Source of the DNA: an uncultured Gemmatimonadaceae bacterium
GTDB lineage: Bacteria; Gemmatimonadota; Gemmatimonadetes; Gemmatimonadales; Gemmatimonadaceae
Assembly (NCBI GenBank): GCA_963740355.1
Contig: CAVUDW010000003.1
Coordinates: 288,001 to 352,000 of the forward strand
Length of the DNA: 64,000 nt
Reading direction: 5' to 3'
Shown here piece by piece: positions 1 through 10,861 of the stretch. Each line of letters opens with the position of its first letter. Positions within the stretch are counted from its first letter, which is position 1. A program made the position numbers and the translations under genes. The notes under the pieces are model-generated. The model was not told the DNA's origin. It ran no database searches and was given only the letters and a program-made list of their open reading frames with translations.

Positions 1-96
1 GAACAGTGGGGCGAGGACATCGCGAGCAGACTCTGCCGCACCGCCGCCGGAACCGGCGTTGAGGATGACGGCGAAGCGTCGCGTGGTCTCTGGCAT
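1..96 (-). CDS. Diacylglycerol kinase/YegS-like lipid kinase, N-terminus only (runs off window)
   Basis: Manual translation from ATG at 96 gives MPETTRRFAVILNAGSGGGAAESARDVLAPLF; the VILNxxSGxG motif is typical of the DAGK catalytic-domain N-terminus. Not in the ORF track. Confidence 0.6.
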   Translation of the reverse strand, partial: MPETTRRFAVILNAGSGGGAAESARDVLAPLF

Positions 97-291
97 CGCC
101 AACCATGCCCTGATCGGTGCCCAAGCGATAGTCGCAACGCGTGAAATGTCAGCTATCGTGACTTCACGTCGCCAAACATTAGTGTGGCGGACATGGTGTT
201 GCGTCCGAGACTAGCCCAATATGCAGCATCGCCGCCTCGACTCGTGGCGGCCACCGTCACGTCATTCATTCCGCAACGTCATCTCTCAGTC

Positions 292-1101
292 ATGACATCC
301 ACCGTCATGCAGGATCGGCTGGGAGCGACCATCACTGGCAACGGTGATCGGACGATCGTGTTCGGCAATGGGCTTGGCACCAGCCAGAAGACGTGGCGCT
401 ACGTGGTCGAGGCATTCGAGACCCGCGCACGCATGATTCGTTTCGACAATGTCTGCTCGCCCGCAGCACCGACGGGCGGATATCGCGCCGAGGCGTATGG
501 CTCGATCTACGGATACGTCGACGACCTGGTGGCGCTCCTCGATGAGTTCGAGGTACGGGATGCTCTCTTCGTCGGGCACTCCATCTCCGGCATGATCGGG
601 ATGCTGGCGGCGATTGCGGCGCCGGAGCGCATCGGTCGCCTGATGATGATCAACTCGACGCCGCGGTTTCTCGAGGACATCGACTTCCAGACGGGCTTCC
701 CACGCCACGTCATCGACGCCCTGCTCAGCTCAGCGCAGCAGGACTTCCCCGTCTGGGCCACCGGTTTCGCATCAACGGCCATCGGCGCCGGCGCGAGCGA
801 GGCACACCGGCGCGAGTTCACCGAAGGGCTCTCCTCGATCAGGCCGGATGTGGCGCTGCGCGTTTTCCAGACGGTGTTTCTCGGCGATTTCCGAGTGATG
901 CTGCCGCGGGTGCAGCAGCCGGTCACCGTCCTGCACGCCCCGCTCGACCTCTCCGTGCCTGCAACCTCGGGCGAGTTCCTCGTGCAGCAGTTGCCGCACG
1001 CCAACCTGGTCCCTCTCGTCACCTCGGGCCACGTTCCGCAGTTGACGGCACCGCAGGAAGTCATCGGCGCGGTCTCGCGCGTACTCGACGAGTGGACGTG
1101 A
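292..1101 (+). CDS. RsbQ/KAI2/D14-like alpha/beta hydrolase
   Basis: GHSISG nucleophile elbow, STPRFL, D (PLDLSVP) and H (SGHVPQL) triad residues; about 269 aa from ATG 292 (ORF track starts at 184). Confidence 0.85.
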   Translation: MTSTVMQDRLGATITGNGDRTIVFGNGLGTSQKTWRYVVEAFETRARMIRFDNVCSPAAPTGGYRAEAYGSIYGYVDDLVALLDEFEVRDALFVGHSISGMIGMLAAIAAPERIGRLMMINSTPRFLEDIDFQTGFPRHVIDALLSSAQQDFPVWATGFASTAIGAGASEAHRREFTEGLSSIRPDVALRVFQTVFLGDFRVMLPRVQQPVTVLHAPLDLSVPATSGEFLVQQLPHANLVPLVTSGHVPQLTAPQEVIGAVSRVLDEWT

Positions 1102-1126
1102 CGACGGGCCGGCAACGGGGCTCGCG

Positions 1127-3130
1127 ATGCTGACTGCGGTCCGACAACTGGCGGCAGCCGACTTCATCGCGTTGGTCACCTGGGTTGGTGATGACGTGCT
1201 CGAACTGACGGAGAGCGATCCGTGGTTGCTCCCCACGCAAGCGCTGCGAGCGCCGCTCCCATGGTTCGATGATCCAGCTGGTGCGGTGTTCGAGTCGAAC
1301 ACACCGCGCCGCCTGCTGCCGTCAGCCGTCCTGTTGGCGCTCCCACAGCCGCCGGCGGCGGTGTGTATCGTGCACAGCCCCGTCACGGGTGACGGCTCGC
1401 GCGGCCCCTCGCTGGTGCTGGTGTGGCTGGAGGGCGATTCCGTCCCGCTCACCATTCGTTCCGATCCGAAATTCCTGCAGCACCTGCTGGTGGGTCGGGC
1501 ACCGAAGAGCCGCAGCGGCTTGCCCATCGAGGCAGTGCGCCTGGATGTGATCATGGCGCACGTTCCGCAGGGCATCGTGTTCGTGGATGAGACGCGCAGC
1601 GAAGCCGTGGTCAACACCGCTGCCGGCCAGTTGCTCAATGTTCCGGCAGGCCGCACCACCCGGCTCGAGCTGAGCGACGCGATGCAGCAACTGTTTTCCC
1701 GGCTCAAGAACCAGGAGTTCGTGCGGCAGGAGGTGACCCGCATCGCCACCGATCCCGAAGCGCGGATCGACGACTGGAGCTGGGAGCTGGAGGGGGCCAA
1801 CGGCGCTGACAGCGTGACGCTGCGGGTCATGAGTGTTCCGCTCATGGGTGACGTCGGTCGCGGACGCCTGTGGACCTTCGACGATGTCTCCCGCGAGCGT
1901 GCGCTGCTCCGCCAGTTGTCGCGTGCCCGCGTGTTCGAGGAGAAGCTGCGGCAGGTCCAGAAACTGGAATTGGTGGGTCGGCTGGCCGCGAGCGTCGCCC
2001 ACGATTTCAACAACCTGCTCACCATCATCGGCGGCAGTGCCGAGATGTTGCAGGATGCACCGCTGGATGCCGATCGTCGTGCCGACCTGCACAACATCGA
2101 GCACGCCACCGACCGCGCACGTCGCCTCACGCGACAGCTCTTGACGTTCACGCGCCAGCAGGTCGAGCAGAGCGTCTCCTTCGCGCTCGATGTGAGGCTG
2201 CGCGAGACGTCCTCCTTGCTCAATCGGGTGTTGGCACCCTCCGGCACTTTGGCGCTGGAACTGGGCGCCGACGGGGCGCACGTATACGCCGATCCGAGCC
2301 AGATCGAGCTGGCCCTGCTCAACTTGCTGGCGAATGCACGCGACGCGATGCCGGAAGGCGGTGCCGTACGCCTGACCACGCAGATCGAGCACCTGACCGG
2401 TGAACGGGTGAACGGCTCGCCCAATCCCCTCGCCGGCACACACGTCGCCATCACCGTGCGCGACACCGGCGCAGGTATCGACGAGACGACGCTGACGCAC
2501 ATGTTCGAGCCGTTTTTCACCACCAAGCCGGCCGGCCAGGGGACGGGACTCGGCTTGGCGACCGTGCTCTCGATCGCACAGCGCGCGGGCGGTGGAGTGC
2601 GCTGCGAAAGTCGGGTCGGTTTCGGCACCGCATTCACGATCCTGTTGCCGCGCGCGAACAGCCTCGAGTTAGGCGTGCCGACGACCGACGGCATCGCGGC
2701 GCCGCCAGCGCTGCCGCCACAGGAGTTCGTGCTGCTCGTCGACGACGATCCTGGGCCTCGTGACACGCTGCGTCGGCTTCTCGCGCACGATGGATTCCAC
2801 GTCGAGGTCGCTGACTCCGGCGCGGCCGCGTTGCAGATTCTCGACGCCCGCGGCGACGACGCCTTGGCGCTGGTGACCGACTATATGATGCCGCACATGT
2901 CCGGCCGCGAACTGCTCGTCCGGGTGCGTGAGCGCTGGCCTGCCCTCCCCGCGATCGTGATCTCCGGATTCGCGGCCGACGACGTGACCACCGATTTTCT
3001 TGCGCGCGTGAATGCGGCCTTTCTCTCCAAGCCCTTCAGCGGTCGGGAGTTATCGGCTGCGATCCGGCTGCAGATGGCGGAGACGACCGGGAGCACCGCA
3101 GGGACGCGACCGCGCGCGAATCCGGGCTGA
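1127..3130 (+). CDS. PAS-containing hybrid sensor histidine kinase/response regulator
   Basis: H-box AHDFNNLL, N-box NLLANARDA, G/F boxes [21 protein letters not shown]-terminal receiver (LLVDDD, TDYMMP, KPF). Confidence 0.93.
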   Translation: MLTAVRQLAAADFIALVTWVGDDVLELTESDPWLLPTQALRAPLPWFDDPAGAVFESNTPRRLLPSAVLLALPQPPAAVCIVHSPVTGDGSRGPSLVLVWLEGDSVPLTIRSDPKFLQHLLVGRAPKSRSGLPIEAVRLDVIMAHVPQGIVFVDETRSEAVVNTAAGQLLNVPAGRTTRLELSDAMQQLFSRLKNQEFVRQEVTRIATDPEARIDDWSWELEGANGADSVTLRVMSVPLMGDVGRGRLWTFDDVSRERALLRQLSRARVFEEKLRQVQKLELVGRLAASVAHDFNNLLTIIGGSAEMLQDAPLDADRRADLHNIEHATDRARRLTRQLLTFTRQQVEQSVSFALDVRLRETSSLLNRVLAPSGTLALELGADGAHVYADPSQIELALLNLLANARDAMPEGGAVRLTTQIEHLTGERVNGSPNPLAGTHVAITVRDTGAGIDETTLTHMFEPFFTTKPAGQGTGLGLATVLSIAQRAGGGVRCESRVGFGTAFTILLPRANSLELGVPTTDGIAAPPALPPQEFVLLVDDDPGPRDTLRRLLAHDGFHVEVADSGAAALQILDARGDDALALVTDYMMPHMSGRELLVRVRERWPALPAIVISGFAADDVTTDFLARVNAAFLSKPFSGRELSAAIRLQMAETTGSTAGTRPRANPG

Positions 3131-3191
3131 TCCAGAAGTGACTATCGTTGGGGAGACGTGCCTTGCCGCGCCACTCCCACACACCGACGAC

Positions 3192-5930
3192 GTGACTGCA
3201 CATCCGGACGAGGCTCTCGATCAGGACATCAGGCTGCTGGGCCGACACCTCGGCGACCTGATCGCCGAACAGGCGGGGCCCGAGGTGTTCGACCTCGTCG
3301 AATCGATGCGGCGCGAGGCGGTGCAAGCTCGGCGCGCGGGCGGCGACGCAACATCGGTCATCGATGGCCTGCTGGCGGGTGTGTCACTCGACACCGCGAT
3401 CATCCTGATTCGCGCGTTCAGCTGGTTTTCGCTGCTCGCGAACATTGCGGAGGACGTGCATCACGCGCGTCGGCGGCGACATCATCGTGAGTCCGGGTCG
3501 CCGGCGCGGCCCGGCACGCTCGACCACACGGTGTCTGCGTTGCAGGCGTCCGGCCTCGACGACGACCAGATCGTGGCCACGCTCGCCGGCGTGCAAGTCA
3601 GCCCCGTGCTCACCGCGCATCCCACCGAGGTGCGTCGCAAGACGATCCTCGATACACAGCGTCGCATTGCGGAACTGCTGGTAGAGCGCGATCGCATGCG
3701 GATGAATGCAGACGAGGAGCGCGACTGGGATTTTTCGCTGCGCCTGCAGGTGCTCACACTGTGGCAGACGTCACTGCTGCGACTGGCGAAACTCCGCGCG
3801 CGTGACGAGATCGCCGAGGCGCTGCGCTACTACGACCTGACACTCTTTCAGGTGTTGCCCGCATTGCAGCTGGCGGTGCAGGAACAGGTCGATGCCCTGG
3901 CGCCTGGTCACGCTCCGCGCGCCCTGCCCGTGGTGCGCATGGGTTCCTGGATCGGTGGCGATCGCGATGGCAATCCCTTCGTGACCGCCGAGGTGCTGCA
4001 GATGGCGGTCGACCGGCAAGCGACGACGGCACTGTCACATCACCTGAACGCGGTGTTCCAGTTGTCGCTGGAGCTCTCGATGTCGCTCCGCCTCATCACG
4101 CCGACGGATGAACTGCTGGCGCTTGCCGACAGGTCAGGTGACGACTCACCCTTCCGCGCGGATGAGCCGTACCGTCGCGCGTTGCGTGGGGTGCACGCGC
4201 GGCTCCACGCCACGGCGAAGGCGACGCTGGGCGTGGCGCTCGGCCGCGCGCCGCATAAGGAGTTGGCCCCGTATAACACGCCAGCCGAACTGTCGCAGGA
4301 TCTCGCGATCATCGAACAGTCGTTGCACTCCCATGGAGCGGGTGCACTCGCCGACGCGCGCGTCGAGCCGATCCGGAGCGCCGTCGAGCTGTTCGGTTTT
4401 CATCTCTGCACACTCGACCTGCGCCAGAATAGCGATGTCCACGTGCGCGTCGTGGATGAATTGCTGCGATGTGCCGGCGTGGTGTCCAACTACGCCGAAC
4501 TGACCGACGCTGAGCAGGTGGTGATCCTGCGTCGCGAGCTCGCGACACCGCGACCGCTGGTCAGCCCTGCAGTGTCGTACAGCGAGCTGACGAAAGGCGA
4601 ACTGGCGATCCTCAACACTGCGGCACGCGCCATCGATCGCTTTGGCTCCGGCGTGATCGGGCACTACGTCATCTCGAAGTGTCAGTCTGTCAGCGACATG
4701 CTTGAAGTGGCGATCCTGTTGCGCGAGGCCGGCCTGTTCTTTCCCGGCGACTCACCGCGACTGGCAGTGGACATCGTGCCACTGTTCGAGACCATCGAGG
4801 ATCTCGAGTTGGCGGCGGGAACCCTGACTGAGCTGTTCGCCATTCCCGAATACCGTCAGTGGATTCGCAGTGTGCGTGGCGACCTGCAGGAAGTCATGCT
4901 CGGCTACTCCGACAGCAACAAGGACGGCGGGTACCTGACCGCCAACTGGGCGATCTATCGGGCACAGGCAGAGATCGTGGCCGTGATGCACGCTACCGGA
5001 GTACGTCTGCGGTTTTTCCATGGTCGTGGCGGTACAGTGGGACGCGGTGGTGGGCCGAGCTACGACGCCGTGCTGGCGCAGCCACCAGGCGCGGTGGATG
5101 GCTCGCTTCGACTCACCGAACAGGGCGAAGTCATCGCGGCGCGGTATGCCGATCGCGACCAGGCGCGACGCAGTCTCGAGGCACTCGTCTCGGCGACGGC
5201 CATCGCCACTGCGCATGGCGTCATGCCCCACCCCACCGATCCGACGTTCGCCGCGGCGATGGACGAATTGTCCGCGCTTTCGTTCGCGGAGTACCGGAAC
5301 CTTGTGTACGAGACACCTGGCTTCGTGCCGCTGTTTCGGGCGATCACGCCGATCCGGGAGATCAGCACACTCAACGTCGGCAGCCGTCCCGCGTCACGGA
5401 CTACATCGGAGCGTATCGAGGATCTGCGCGCCATTCCCTGGGTCTTCAGCTGGAGCCAGTGTCGCATCCTGCTGCCCGGTTGGTACGGCGCCGGGGCCGC
5501 GTTCGACGCCTGGGCAACGGATGATGCGCGCGTGGCACTGTTGCAGCGCATGTACCGCGACTGGCCGTTCTTCCGTACCACGCTGTCGAACATGGGCATG
5601 GTGCTGGCCAAGAGTGACCTGGCGATCGCCGCGCGCTACCTCACGCTGGCGCCTGACGCCGAGTTCGCTGACGTCGCGTTCGCGCGGATCAGCCAGGAGC
5701 ATGCGCGGGCCGTCGCGTGGGTGGAGCGCATTACCGGTGCCCCGTTGCTGGGGGACAATCCGTCACTCGCGCGCAGCATCCGGAACCGTTTCCCGTATCT
5801 CGATCCACTCCACTCGCTGCAAGTGTCGCTGCTGCGTCAGCTGCGCAGCGGTGACGAGGACGCTCGACTCGTTCGGATCATCCAGCTGACGCTCAACGGA
5901 GTGGCGGCGGGGCTGCGGAACAGCGGCTGA
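3192..5930 (+). CDS. ppc: Phosphoenolpyruvate carboxylase
   Basis: VLTAHPTE, SWIGGDRDGNP, QEVMLGYSDSNKDGG, FHGRGGTVGRGG, LRAIPWVFSW, C-terminal GLRNSG; likely GTG start at 3192. Confidence 0.97.
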   Translation: MTAHPDEALDQDIRLLGRHLGDLIAEQAGPEVFDLVESMRREAVQARRAGGDATSVIDGLLAGVSLDTAIILIRAFSWFSLLANIAEDVHHARRRRHHRESGSPARPGTLDHTVSALQASGLDDDQIVATLAGVQVSPVLTAHPTEVRRKTILDTQRRIAELLVERDRMRMNADEERDWDFSLRLQVLTLWQTSLLRLAKLRARDEIAEALRYYDLTLFQVLPALQLAVQEQVDALAPGHAPRALPVVRMGSWIGGDRDGNPFVTAEVLQMAVDRQATTALSHHLNAVFQLSLELSMSLRLITPTDELLALADRSGDDSPFRADEPYRRALRGVHARLHATAKATLGVALGRAPHKELAPYNTPAELSQDLAIIEQSLHSHGAGALADARVEPIRSAVELFGFHLCTLDLRQNSDVHVRVVDELLRCAGVVSNYAELTDAEQVVILRRELATPRPLVSPAVSYSELTKGELAILNTAARAIDRFGSGVIGHYVISKCQSVSDMLEVAILLREAGLFFPGDSPRLAVDIVPLFETIEDLELAAGTLTELFAIPEYRQWIRSVRGDLQEVMLGYSDSNKDGGYLTANWAIYRAQAEIVAVMHATGVRLRFFHGRGGTVGRGGGPSYDAVLAQPPGAVDGSLRLTEQGEVIAARYADRDQARRSLEALVSATAIATAHGVMPHPTDPTFAAAMDELSALSFAEYRNLVYETPGFVPLFRAITPIREISTLNVGSRPASRTTSERIEDLRAIPWVFSWSQCRILLPGWYGAGAAFDAWATDDARVALLQRMYRDWPFFRTTLSNMGMVLAKSDLAIAARYLTLAPDAEFADVAFARISQEHARAVAWVERITGAPLLGDNPSLARSIRNRFPYLDPLHSLQVSLLRQLRSGDEDARLVRIIQLTLNGVAAGLRNSG

Positions 5931-5960
5931 GTGCGCAACGACTAAGGGTGCGCCACTGTG

Positions 5961-5976
5961 TGTGATATGTGTGACA
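5961..5976. promoter_or_regulatory. Putative CRP/FNR-family binding site
   Basis: TGTGA-N6-TGACA, one mismatch to TGTGA-N6-TCACA, in the intergenic region about 140 bp upstream of the cheB/cheR gene. Confidence 0.35.
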
Positions 5977-6116
5977 CCAATGCAACATGAGCGGTGGCAC
6001 ATGTGGGCAATCTTGGGTACGCGATGGCATTTGTCCGCGTGGGGGACTCTATTGCCGTAGCACGCGCGGCGCCGTGAACGGCGCTGCGGTCCAATCTGGA
6101 CGGTGCGTACTCCTCT

Positions 6117-8738
6117 GTGAGCGAGTTCGACGTGCGCACCGCAGTACCAGCCATCCCTGTTGTCGGGATCGGCGCTTCCGCTGGAGGGCTCGACGCCCTC
6201 GAGCGATTCTTCCGCAACGTCCCGGTGCCATCCGGGCTCGCCTTCGTCGTGGTCCAGCATCTGGATCCGACACACAAGGCGCTGCTCGCAGAGCTGCTCC
6301 AGCACGTCACAAGCATGCCAGTGACGCAAGTTCGGAGTCGCACACGCGTGAAGGCGGATTCGGTGTACGTCATCCCGCCGAACAAGGAACTGACGCTCGA
6401 AGGCGGGGCGCTGCACCTGCATGATCCAGTCGCCCAGCGCGGCCATCGGCTACCGATCGATGTCTTTTTCGCATCGCTGGCACTGAACTCAGCCGAACAC
6501 GGAGTGGGTGTGGTGCTGTCGGGCATGGGGCATGACGGCACGGCGGGAATGCGCGCGATCAAGGAGCACGCCGGTGCGGCATTCGTCCAGGAGCCCACGA
6601 CGGCCAAGTTCGCTGCCATGCCGTCGAGTGTGATTGCGGCCGGGCTGGCCGACATGATCGCGCCGCCAGAGGAATTGCCCGCCCTGATCGTGGCGCACCT
6701 CGCCCGCGCTCCCGGCGCCCGAACGACACGGCCAGCGCTGACCGTGGTCGGACGCCTGACAGGCCTCGACCGCATCCTCGTAGTGCTGCGAGAGCGTACC
6801 GGACACGATTTCTCGCTCTACAAGCAGAGCACGATCCACCGCCGCATCGAACGTCGGATGGCGCTCCACCACATCGACGCGCTGGACGCATACGAGCGTT
6901 TCATACAGGCGACGCCGGATGAAGTACACTCGCTCTTCAAGGAACTCCTGATCGGCGTCACGAACTTCTTTCGCGACCCGGATACGTGGAACCAGCTTTC
7001 GCAGGAGATCGTGCCAGCGCTGATCGATGCGCGCCCGGTGGGTACGGCCGTGCGCTGCTGGGTGGTCGGCACGGCGACCGGCGAAGAGGCCTATTCCCTC
7101 GCGATCACTCTTGCCGAAGTGATGGAGAAGCGGACGGCGCACCCGCACGCGGTCAAGATTTTTGCGACTGACCTCGACGGTGCCGCCATCGAGAAGGCGC
7201 GCGCCGGGATCTATCCACCGACGATCGCAGCCGATGTTTCGCCGGAGCGATTGCATCGCTGGTTTTCCGACGCGCCCCCGGGCTATCAGGTTGCCAAGCG
7301 GATCCGGGAGATGGTGATCTTCGCGCAGCACAACGTGATCATGGATCCCCCGTTCACACGCGTCGATCTCGTGTCGTGCCGAAACCTGCTCATCTATCTC
7401 ACCGAACCGTTGCAGCAACAGATACTCCAGCTCTTTCACTACGCATTGAATCCAGGTGGCACGCTCGTTCTTGGCAGTTCCGAAACGATCGGCGCGGCCA
7501 CACACCTCTTTGCGCCGATCGACGGACCATCGCGGATCTATCGCCGGCTCGATGTCGTCGCGCCAGCGGTGCCGCACCTTGTGGCGTTCACACCACCGGT
7601 GATCGCGTCCAAGGCATCGGCCGGCGTCTCCACACGGCAGCACTATTCACTTCAGGGTGATGTCGAGCGACTGCTGCTCGCGCAATTTGCGCCCGTCGCT
7701 GTCCTGACGAATCGCAAGGGTGACATCATCTTCGTGAGCGGTGATACCTCACCGTATCTCCGATCGGTCTCGGGGAGCAGCGCTTGGAACGTCTTCGCGA
7801 TGTCGAGCGACGGGATGCGTGATGCAATCAGCGAGGGATTCCGGGAGGCGCTGCTCGCGGCCAGCCCGGTCACACGCGTGCATCGCGATTCGGCTGAGGC
7901 ACACGCTGTCAACATTCGCGTCCAGGCCGTGCGGGAACCGCTGTCGTTGAAGGGCACCCTCCTGGTCGCCTTCACCGACGACTCTGTGTCGCCAGGCCCG
8001 CAGCGCGCCACACGAGTCACGGCGGCAGCGAAGACGCGCATCGCGGACCTCGAAGCGCAGTTGAATGCGGGGCGACTGGAGATCCAGACGCATCGTGAGC
8101 ACACACAAAGCACCAATGAGGAAGCCAGTGCGGCGAACGAGGAATTGCAGTCGACGAACGAGGAACTGCAATCGACCAATGAGGAGCTGACGACGTCGAA
8201 GGAAGAAATGCAGTCGATGAACGAGGAACTGCAGACACTCAACCGTGAGCTCGAGACGCGCGTCGACGACCTGTCACGACTCACGAACGACATGAAGAAC
8301 CTCATTGACAGCACCGAAATCGCGATCGTCTTTCTCGACCTCCACCTGCACATCCGGCTCTTCACCGCTGGCTCGACAAAGATGTTCCGGCTCATCCCTG
8401 GTGACATTGGCCGCCCGCTCACCGACCTGGCCTCATTGGTGATCTACGCGGACCTGGCCTCGGATGCGCGCGAGGTCCTGCGCACCCTGGTCGCGACGCA
8501 GCGTGAATCGGAGACCCTGGACAGGCGCTGGTGTCTCGTGCGCATCATGCCGTACCGCACACTGGACAACCGGATCGATGGCGTGACGATCACCTTCTCG
8601 GATATCACCGCGTCAAAGGCGCTGGAAGAGGCACTGCGTACGACGCAGGCCGGCCTGGAGCAACGGATCGTCGTGCAGGATCAGCAGCTCCAGGATACGA
8701 GCGGCACCGCTGGGCGCCCGGTGGAGCGCGCGACGTGA
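6117..8738 (+). CDS. CheB methylesterase-CheR methyltransferase fusion with coiled coil and PAS domain
   Basis: CheB GIGASAGG/QHL/LSGMGHDG; CheR IGVTNFFRD, TGEEAYS, IFATD, SCRNLLIY; NEELQS heptads; C-terminal PAS-like region (RIMPYRT...IDGVTITF). Confidence 0.93.
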   Translation: MSEFDVRTAVPAIPVVGIGASAGGLDALERFFRNVPVPSGLAFVVVQHLDPTHKALLAELLQHVTSMPVTQVRSRTRVKADSVYVIPPNKELTLEGGALHLHDPVAQRGHRLPIDVFFASLALNSAEHGVGVVLSGMGHDGTAGMRAIKEHAGAAFVQEPTTAKFAAMPSSVIAAGLADMIAPPEELPALIVAHLARAPGARTTRPALTVVGRLTGLDRILVVLRERTGHDFSLYKQSTIHRRIERRMALHHIDALDAYERFIQATPDEVHSLFKELLIGVTNFFRDPDTWNQLSQEIVPALIDARPVGTAVRCWVVGTATGEEAYSLAITLAEVMEKRTAHPHAVKIFATDLDGAAIEKARAGIYPPTIAADVSPERLHRWFSDAPPGYQVAKRIREMVIFAQHNVIMDPPFTRVDLVSCRNLLIYLTEPLQQQILQLFHYALNPGGTLVLGSSETIGAATHLFAPIDGPSRIYRRLDVVAPAVPHLVAFTPPVIASKASAGVSTRQHYSLQGDVERLLLAQFAPVAVLTNRKGDIIFVSGDTSPYLRSVSGSSAWNVFAMSSDGMRDAISEGFREALLAASPVTRVHRDSAEAHAVNIRVQAVREPLSLKGTLLVAFTDDSVSPGPQRATRVTAAAKTRIADLEAQLNAGRLEIQTHREHTQSTNEEASAANEELQSTNEELQSTNEELTTSKEEMQSMNEELQTLNRELETRVDDLSRLTNDMKNLIDSTEIAIVFLDLHLHIRLFTAGSTKMFRLIPGDIGRPLTDLASLVIYADLASDAREVLRTLVATQRESETLDRRWCLVRIMPYRTLDNRIDGVTITFSDITASKALEEALRTTQAGLEQRIVVQDQQLQDTSGTAGRPVERAT
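8115..8240 (+). repeat. Six degenerate 21-bp tandem repeats encoding NEELQST heptads
   Basis: Units include aacgaggaattgcagtcgacg, aacgaggaactgcaatcgacc and aacgaggaactgcagacactc, in frame within the CheB/CheR gene. Confidence 0.8.
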
Positions 8739-10834
8739 AGCCGCGTCGCCCGACGGGCAGCGGTGACGCGCAACTTCGACAGCTGGCGGAGCGGCAACTG
8801 GCGCCGGTGGCGGGCACAGGCGAAACGGAAGGGAGAGAGATGGAGCGCCTGGTGCACGAACTCCAGGTGCACCAAATCGAGCTCGAGCTGCAGAACGAGG
8901 AGCTCCGATCAGCGCGCGATGAAGCCGATGCGCTGCTAACGCAATTCACCGAATTGTATGACTTCGCACCGGTCGGATACCTGTCCGTGAACGAAGCTGG
9001 CGTGGTGACGCAGGCGAACCGCGCCATCGGCCAACTGCTCCAGATCGAGCGATCGCCCTTGATTGGTCGGCGATTCGGGCTCCTGCTGCAGGAAGCGGAT
9101 CGCGTTGCCTTCAGTGACTTTCTCCGCGGCATCTTCACCGGCACGCCACAGAAGCCGATGGAGCTTTCGCTCGAGGGCGACACGGGCACCTCACACTGGT
9201 GTCGGCTCGAGGCGACCCTTCCCCCTGGCGCCGCCGAGTGCCACATAACGGCCACGGACCTGACGGAGCGGCGCGCCGCTGAAACCGGTTTGCTCCAGGC
9301 AGAACAGTTCGCACGGGATGCCCTCGACGCCCTTTCGGCCAACATCGCGATCATCGATGGCAGCGGCACGATCATTCGCGTCAACCAGGGATGGACTGAC
9401 TTTGCGATCGCCAACGGCGCCACGCCGCAGAATGTCGGCATCGGCCGCAACTATTTCGACGTGTCGATGGCGAAAACAGATGTCTCGCGGCTCTCGGCGG
9501 AGGGCTTGGTGGCTGGCATCAACGCGGTCTTGTCCGATGACCTGCCGGAATATCAGTTCGAGTACCCCTGTCACTCACCGGATGAAGAGCGGTGGTTCTC
9601 GGTGCGCGCGACACGATTCACCGACCATGGTGCGCCATGCGCGATCGTGGCGCATCAGGACATCACGGCCCGCATCCAGCTGCAGACGCAGCTGCTGCAC
9701 GCGCAGAAGATGGAGATCGTGGGCCAACTCGCCGGCGGCATCGCCCATGACTTCAACAACCTGCTGACGGTGATCAACGGTGTCGCCGAGCTCGCGCTTA
9801 CGGCAACCGAGCCTGGCACGCCCCTCGAACGCGACCTGGTCGACATCGCCAGCGCCGGGCAGCGCGCAGCGCGGTTAACGCGGCAGCTTCTCGCCTTCAG
9901 CCGGAAGCAGGTGATGTCCTTCGAAACCGTTGCGGTCGACGAGGTGGTGTTGAACTTGCGCAGCCTGTTGCAGCGCCTGGTCGGCGACGACATCACACTC
10001 GAGATCGAGTGCGACGCGGAGACTGGAAGCGCACTCGTGGACGCGAACCAGCTGGAGCAGGTGGTGATGAACCTCGTCATCAACGCACACGACGCCATGC
10101 CGGATGGTGGCATCCTCAGCATTCGCACCGGCAAGCTCGTCCTCGATGATTCGAGGGAGTCGGCACGGTGGCAGCTGCCTCCGGGACCCTATCTATCGAT
10201 CAGGATCAGCGACACCGGAACTGGAATGACCGCTGCGGTTCGCGAGCGAATTTTCGAGCCGTTCTTCACCACCAAGGAGATCGGGCGAGGGACGGGCCTC
10301 GGCCTGTCGACCGTGCAGGGAATCGTGGCGCAGAGTCAGGGGAGCATTTCGGTCGAAAGCACCCTAGGCGTCGGCACTGATTTCTGCATCCTCCTTCCGC
10401 GGGTGGAGCCGATGGCACCGACGAAGACGATGCCACCAGTCGGCCTCGAGTCTGGCGGCCGCGGAACGATCCTGATCGTCGAGGACGAGTCCGCCGTGCG
10501 ACGCATTGCCGAGCGCGTGCTTCTCCGCGATGGCTACGCTGTCCTGTCCGCAGCCAGCGGCGAAAGCGCACTCGAGATGCTGGCGCTGCACAGCGGCGCA
10601 GTGGACCTCATGCTCACGGACATGCGGATGCCAGGGATGAGCGGCGCGGAGCTGGCGGCGGAAGCGCGCGCACGCTTTCCAGCATTGCGGGTGGTCTTTG
10701 CGTCCGGCAATAGCGCCAACTCTCTCGATACGGAATTCAGCTCTCCGGCGCCGGAGTTCTTCCTCGGAAAGCCATACCTCTCCGCGCAGCTGCTGCACGT
10801 CGTCCGTGCCGCCCTGCTCTCCCCGCCCCGATAG
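8735..10834 (+). CDS. PAS-PAS hybrid histidine kinase/response regulator
   Basis: GTG start overlaps the cheB/cheR TGA (GTGA); [17 protein letters not shown] helix, [33 protein letters not shown], receiver domain. Confidence 0.92.
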   Translation: MKPRRPTGSGDAQLRQLAERQLAPVAGTGETEGREMERLVHELQVHQIELELQNEELRSARDEADALLTQFTELYDFAPVGYLSVNEAGVVTQANRAIGQLLQIERSPLIGRRFGLLLQEADRVAFSDFLRGIFTGTPQKPMELSLEGDTGTSHWCRLEATLPPGAAECHITATDLTERRAAETGLLQAEQFARDALDALSANIAIIDGSGTIIRVNQGWTDFAIANGATPQNVGIGRNYFDVSMAKTDVSRLSAEGLVAGINAVLSDDLPEYQFEYPCHSPDEERWFSVRATRFTDHGAPCAIVAHQDITARIQLQTQLLHAQKMEIVGQLAGGIAHDFNNLLTVINGVAELALTATEPGTPLERDLVDIASAGQRAARLTRQLLAFSRKQVMSFETVAVDEVVLNLRSLLQRLVGDDITLEIECDAETGSALVDANQLEQVVMNLVINAHDAMPDGGILSIRTGKLVLDDSRESARWQLPPGPYLSIRISDTGTGMTAAVRERIFEPFFTTKEIGRGTGLGLSTVQGIVAQSQGSISVESTLGVGTDFCILLPRVEPMAPTKTMPPVGLESGGRGTILIVEDESAVRRIAERVLLRDGYAVLSAASGESALEMLALHSGAVDLMLTDMRMPGMSGAELAAEARARFPALRVVFASGNSANSLDTEFSSPAPEFFLGKPYLSAQLLHVVRAALLSPPR

Positions 10835-10861
10835 ACCGTCCCGGCGCGGCGTCGAATCGCG

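Noticed and set aside
772..2766. Many long antisense or alternate-frame ORFs (e.g. 772-2766, 24067-25746, 49900-51585, 53356-54960)
   Set aside because: They shadow well-supported genes, have Arg/Ser/Pro-rich composition and no motifs; expected in high-GC DNA.
5995..6010. TGGCAC...GGCAA sigma-54-like element
   Set aside because: GG-to-GC spacing is 9 rather than 10 and the TTGC box is absent.
8115..8240. Regularly spaced repeats as a possible CRISPR array
   Set aside because: In-frame degenerate 21-mers with no spacers; they encode a coiled coil. No cas genes in the window.
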